Assembly: GCA_963778655.1 (NCBI GenBank)
Contig: CAVZVA010000009.1
Location: forward strand, 1,472,001 to 1,536,000
DNA from: an uncultured delta proteobacterium
GTDB lineage: Bacteria; Myxococcota_A; Polyangia; Polyangiales; JAFGIB01
Direction of reading: 5' to 3'
DNA length: 64,000 nt
The first letter of the stretch is position 1. Each line of letters opens with the position of its first letter. A program made the position numbers and the translations under genes. Under the pieces are notes generated by a model, which ran no database searches, was not told the origin of the DNA, and worked only from the letters and a program-made list of their open reading frames with translations. Of this stretch, positions 61,051 through 64,000 are shown piece after piece.

Positions 61051-62400
61051 TCAGCGTGCGAGCCGGCCGGTCAGTGGCGGCTGCGCGTCCACCGTCGTCG
61101 GTGCACGGCGCCCGGCTGCGCGCCGCGCCTGCCGCAAGATCAGCACCATTGGCACGACGCCGAGCAGGAAGCGATACAGCATCGCCTCGAGCGTCTGCAT
61201 GACCAGGTACAGCGAAAGGCTTGCCGCCAGGCAGTAGACCGGAACCCACGCCCCGCGGTTCGTGACCGCCCTTCGCCATGCATAGGCGTAGAACCAGCCC
61301 AGCCCGAACAGCGGGACCAGCATGCCCCAGCTGAACTCGCGCCACATGTCGCCCACGATGCCTGGGGCGGCGCCGATGGCGGCAGTCCATCCCAGGACGT
61401 TTCGGAACGAGTCGACGTCCACACCCAAGTTCTCCTCCAGCACCGGTCGACCGAAGAACCTCGCAGCGTCTTCATATTTCGTCGGCCAGATCTCCTTCGG
61501 AATCGGCCGTACGAACAGCGTCGTGGCGTAGGCCGCGCCCCAGTCGAAGTCGTGGGTCTCGTCGGTCACGATCACCAGCCCGGCGCCGTAGATGAAGTCG
61601 TTGCCGGTTCCGGGCTGGAAGTAAGCGGACGGATCCCGCTCCAGGTCGAGCTCGCCCCAGTAGACCGAGCCCCGGTTGGCCACCAGCGCCAGCATCAGCG
61701 TGCCGAGCAACCCACCGCTGACTACAAGCGTCAACAGCCGGGGTCGCTTGTCCCGGGCCATATAGAACACCATCGCGGGTCCGGCCAGGCCCATGAACGT
61801 TGGACCTCGCCGTGCGCCGAGCAGGCCGTGGATCAGAAACGGGCTACCAAACGCGAGTGCGATCAGCGCGTCGCGCGTGGTCAAGCGCCGGCCCTGATGG
61901 CTGATGGTGAACAGAAGCAGCGCGGGCAAGCAGAGCAGCATCAGCTCGCGCACCCAGCCCGACTCGGCAGAGCCTCCACCGTAGGCCCGGCCGTACGCCT
62001 CCGAAAAACCGCCTATGTGGATGATGCCGTAGACGAAGCCCGCAATGCCGGTCACCGCCAGGAAGGTCGAGCCTCGCACGAGCGTCGCGGTGTCGAGCAG
62101 GGCGCCAAGGCGCGGCGCAGGGGCCGCAGGCGGCCGCGCGCCCCGAGATCCCGACAGGAGCCCCGCGCACATCGCGAAAACCCCGGCCAGGTGGACCCAC
62201 TGGGCACGCGCGACGTGCTCGTCCCAGAGATAGCCATAGAACCCATCGGTCGCTTCGAGTTGGAGCGGGGAGTAGAAGTAGTGGAACGCCAGCATCGGGC
62301 CGATCACCAGGGACGGGTGAAACGTGTCGCGATACCGGGTCAGCGCCACGCCGATGGTCAATGCGATAGTCGCGCCGATCAGCATCGTCGGAGTCAACAT
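61051..62400 (-). CDS. Polytopic membrane protein, Wzy-like polysaccharide polymerase
   Basis: Many hydrophobic segments, GARRG, PIPKEIWPTK loop, next to a glycosyltransferase. Start uncertain. Confidence 0.65.
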   Translation of the reverse strand: MLTPTMLIGATIALTIGVALTRYRDTFHPSLVIGPMLAFHYFYSPLQLEATDGFYGYLWDEHVARAQWVHLAGVFAMCAGLLSGSRGARPPAAPAPRLGALLDTATLVRGSTFLAVTGIAGFVYGIIHIGGFSEAYGRAYGGGSAESGWVRELMLLCLPALLLFTISHQGRRLTTRDALIALAFGSPFLIHGLLGARRGPTFMGLAGPAMVFYMARDKRPRLLTLVVSGGLLGTLMLALVANRGSVYWGELDLERDPSAYFQPGTGNDFIYGAGLVIVTDETHDFDWGAAYATTLFVRPIPKEIWPTKYEDAARFFGRPVLEENLGVDVDSFRNVLGWTAAIGAAPGIVGDMWREFSWGMLVPLFGLGWFYAYAWRRAVTNRGAWVPVYCLAASLSLYLVMQTLEAMLYRFLLGVVPMVLILRQARRAAGRRAPTTVDAQPPLTGRLAR

Positions 62401-62536
62401 CGCCAGCCGCCTTGGTGCGAGCTTGGCTCCGGGAACGCTCCAGGGTGGCATCTCGAGATGGCATGCTGGGCCCGCCTCCCGGCGCAGGGAATGGCGACGC
62501 GTTGCGGCGGCTCTTCCACGATGCGCCTACTTTAGC

Positions 62537-63793
62537 TCAGATTCGGGAGCCTGACGCGACCCGCATGGCATCGTGGGTGGCCGCGAGGAGCCGCTCGCCA
62601 AAGTGGCTCCAGGTCAGCTCCCCAGCGTGCTTGCGCGCCGCTCGCGACATCGATTCGCGCAGCCGCCGATCGGTGATCAGCTGCTCCAAGCGGTCCGCGA
62701 GCGCGCTCGCGTCGCGGACCGGAACGATGAAGCCCTCCTCCCCGTCACGCACCTTGCTACCGGAATTCGGCGTGGTCACGATCGGCAGGCCACAGGCCAG
62801 TGCCTCCAGGTGCACGATCGCGAAGCCCTCCGCCAGCGTGGGCAGCACGAACACGTCTGCTCGCGCGAACTCGTCGCGGACCAGCCCGCGAGGGACCTGG
62901 CCGACGTAGGTCGGACCCTGGAATTCCGGGCGAGCGATCACGGCCGGGTTGTAGGGGCCGACCACACGGACTTCGCACCGGACTCCACGTGCCTTGAGCA
63001 GCCGCGTGGCTTCCGCGAGATAGTGATTTCCCTTCCTCAAACCCACGCTTCCAACGAACAGGATTCGACCGGGTACGGGTGATGGCGAGACATCGAGCCA
63101 CTCCGAGCTCACACCATAGGGAACCAGGGCGGTGCGAGCAGCCGGTCCTGCCAAGGACGCGACGTCCTGCTGGACGAACATGGACGCGCAGATCACCGCG
63201 TGCGCGAGCTTGAAGACCTCGATGTCACGCGCGATGCCCCCTTCCACGATCTCCTCCGGGTCTTGCGGCTCGATTCCAGGGAAGCGGTAGCGCTCTTCGC
63301 GCATGATGCGGCCGACACTGGGGCAGATCACCTGTTCGTACACCACTGCGAGCCCGGCCTCGGCCGCCGTCCTCATCAAGTCGAGATCGCTGTTGTCGAC
63401 GCAATACAGGCAATTGGCGCCCGCGAACCCTTCTCGCAAGATGCGGCGCCGCAGTCGCGCGTGGGCCGATACGAGCGCCCGGTGCTGGCCAGCGTTCGGG
63501 AATCGGAGGCGGTCCGCAAGGGCCGCGAGCGTCTCCACCCGCACGCGCTTTGGATCGATGTCCGGCGGCAAGGTTCGCCCGAGCAGCCGCATGAGCACGG
63601 GGTTGCGATACCGCGTGGGCACGAGCCGGCGCGCCAGCGACAACGCGCCGACGCTGGCACAGGCGTCGGTATACAGCGCCTGCAGCGCATTGGCTCTGGC
63701 GTAGACCGCGGGTACGCCGTAGTGCAGGCGGGCCCCGACCTGTAGCACCAGCACGCGAGGCTCGAATTCGGGACGAGTAGAATTGAGGTGCAT
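62537..63793 (-). CDS. Glycosyltransferase family 4
   Basis: FVGSVGLRKG, DVFVLPTLAEGFAIVHLEALACGLP. Confidence 0.93.
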   Translation of the reverse strand: MHLNSTRPEFEPRVLVLQVGARLHYGVPAVYARANALQALYTDACASVGALSLARRLVPTRYRNPVLMRLLGRTLPPDIDPKRVRVETLAALADRLRFPNAGQHRALVSAHARLRRRILREGFAGANCLYCVDNSDLDLMRTAAEAGLAVVYEQVICPSVGRIMREERYRFPGIEPQDPEEIVEGGIARDIEVFKLAHAVICASMFVQQDVASLAGPAARTALVPYGVSSEWLDVSPSPVPGRILFVGSVGLRKGNHYLAEATRLLKARGVRCEVRVVGPYNPAVIARPEFQGPTYVGQVPRGLVRDEFARADVFVLPTLAEGFAIVHLEALACGLPIVTTPNSGSKVRDGEEGFIVPVRDASALADRLEQLITDRRLRESMSRAARKHAGELTWSHFGERLLAATHDAMRVASGSRI

Positions 63794-64000
63794 GACAGTT
63801 GATCAGCGATTAGAACGCCGATGGCACCGCTCCGCGGCAGACGCGGGCCTCTCGGGTGGCCGTTCTCGGGAGCGACCGCCAGCATCGCGCCGGCACTGAC
63901 GATGACCCTACTGCGCACCAAGCTTCGAAGCCCGAGCTCACTCACTACTCCGATCGGGGCAGCGTGCGTGCGGCCCGTGAACGCCAGGATTGCTCGAGCA

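Noticed and set aside
63376..64000. ORF 63376..63945 and a possible gene end at the window edge
   Set aside because: The ORF overlaps the GT4 gene out of frame, and too little sequence remains to identify the upstream gene.

Overview
A very GC-rich bacterial chromosome segment. Gene content and style suggest Myxococcota (Polyangiales-like); this is an inference. Most of the window is housekeeping: ileS, nusB-ribH-ribD-nrdR, an RlmD-like methyltransferase, mnmA-iscS, mutAB-meaB, ddl, rpsP-khpA-rimM-trmD-rplS, putA, acyl-CoA catabolism genes and a nucleotide-sugar/polysaccharide locus. Three things stand out. (1) A compact RiPP-like cluster at 6603-9319: an unannotated 85-aa precursor with a Tat-like/YxxP leader and a six-Cys (CPPNGGx)3 core, then a radical SAM enzyme, a PqqD/RRE protein and an HPr-kinase-like protein. 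(2) A sulfur-relay operon at 26992-34540 (Rrf2, CysK, E1, ubiquitin-like carrier, mini-E1, CysM, JAMM, AprAB, LarE). Its MoeB/ThiF E1 looks split into a catalytic subunit and a separate Arg-finger/dimerisation subunit, reminiscent of heterodimeric eukaryotic E1s. (3) Four genes each broken by a single extra base at an AGATC-like site, probably a methylation-linked sequencing artefact. At least four families of intergenic palindromic/MITE-like repeats and a collapsed toxin-antitoxin relic are also present. No rRNA, tRNA, CRISPR array or transposase was seen. All calls come from by-eye motif recognition; no database searches were run.
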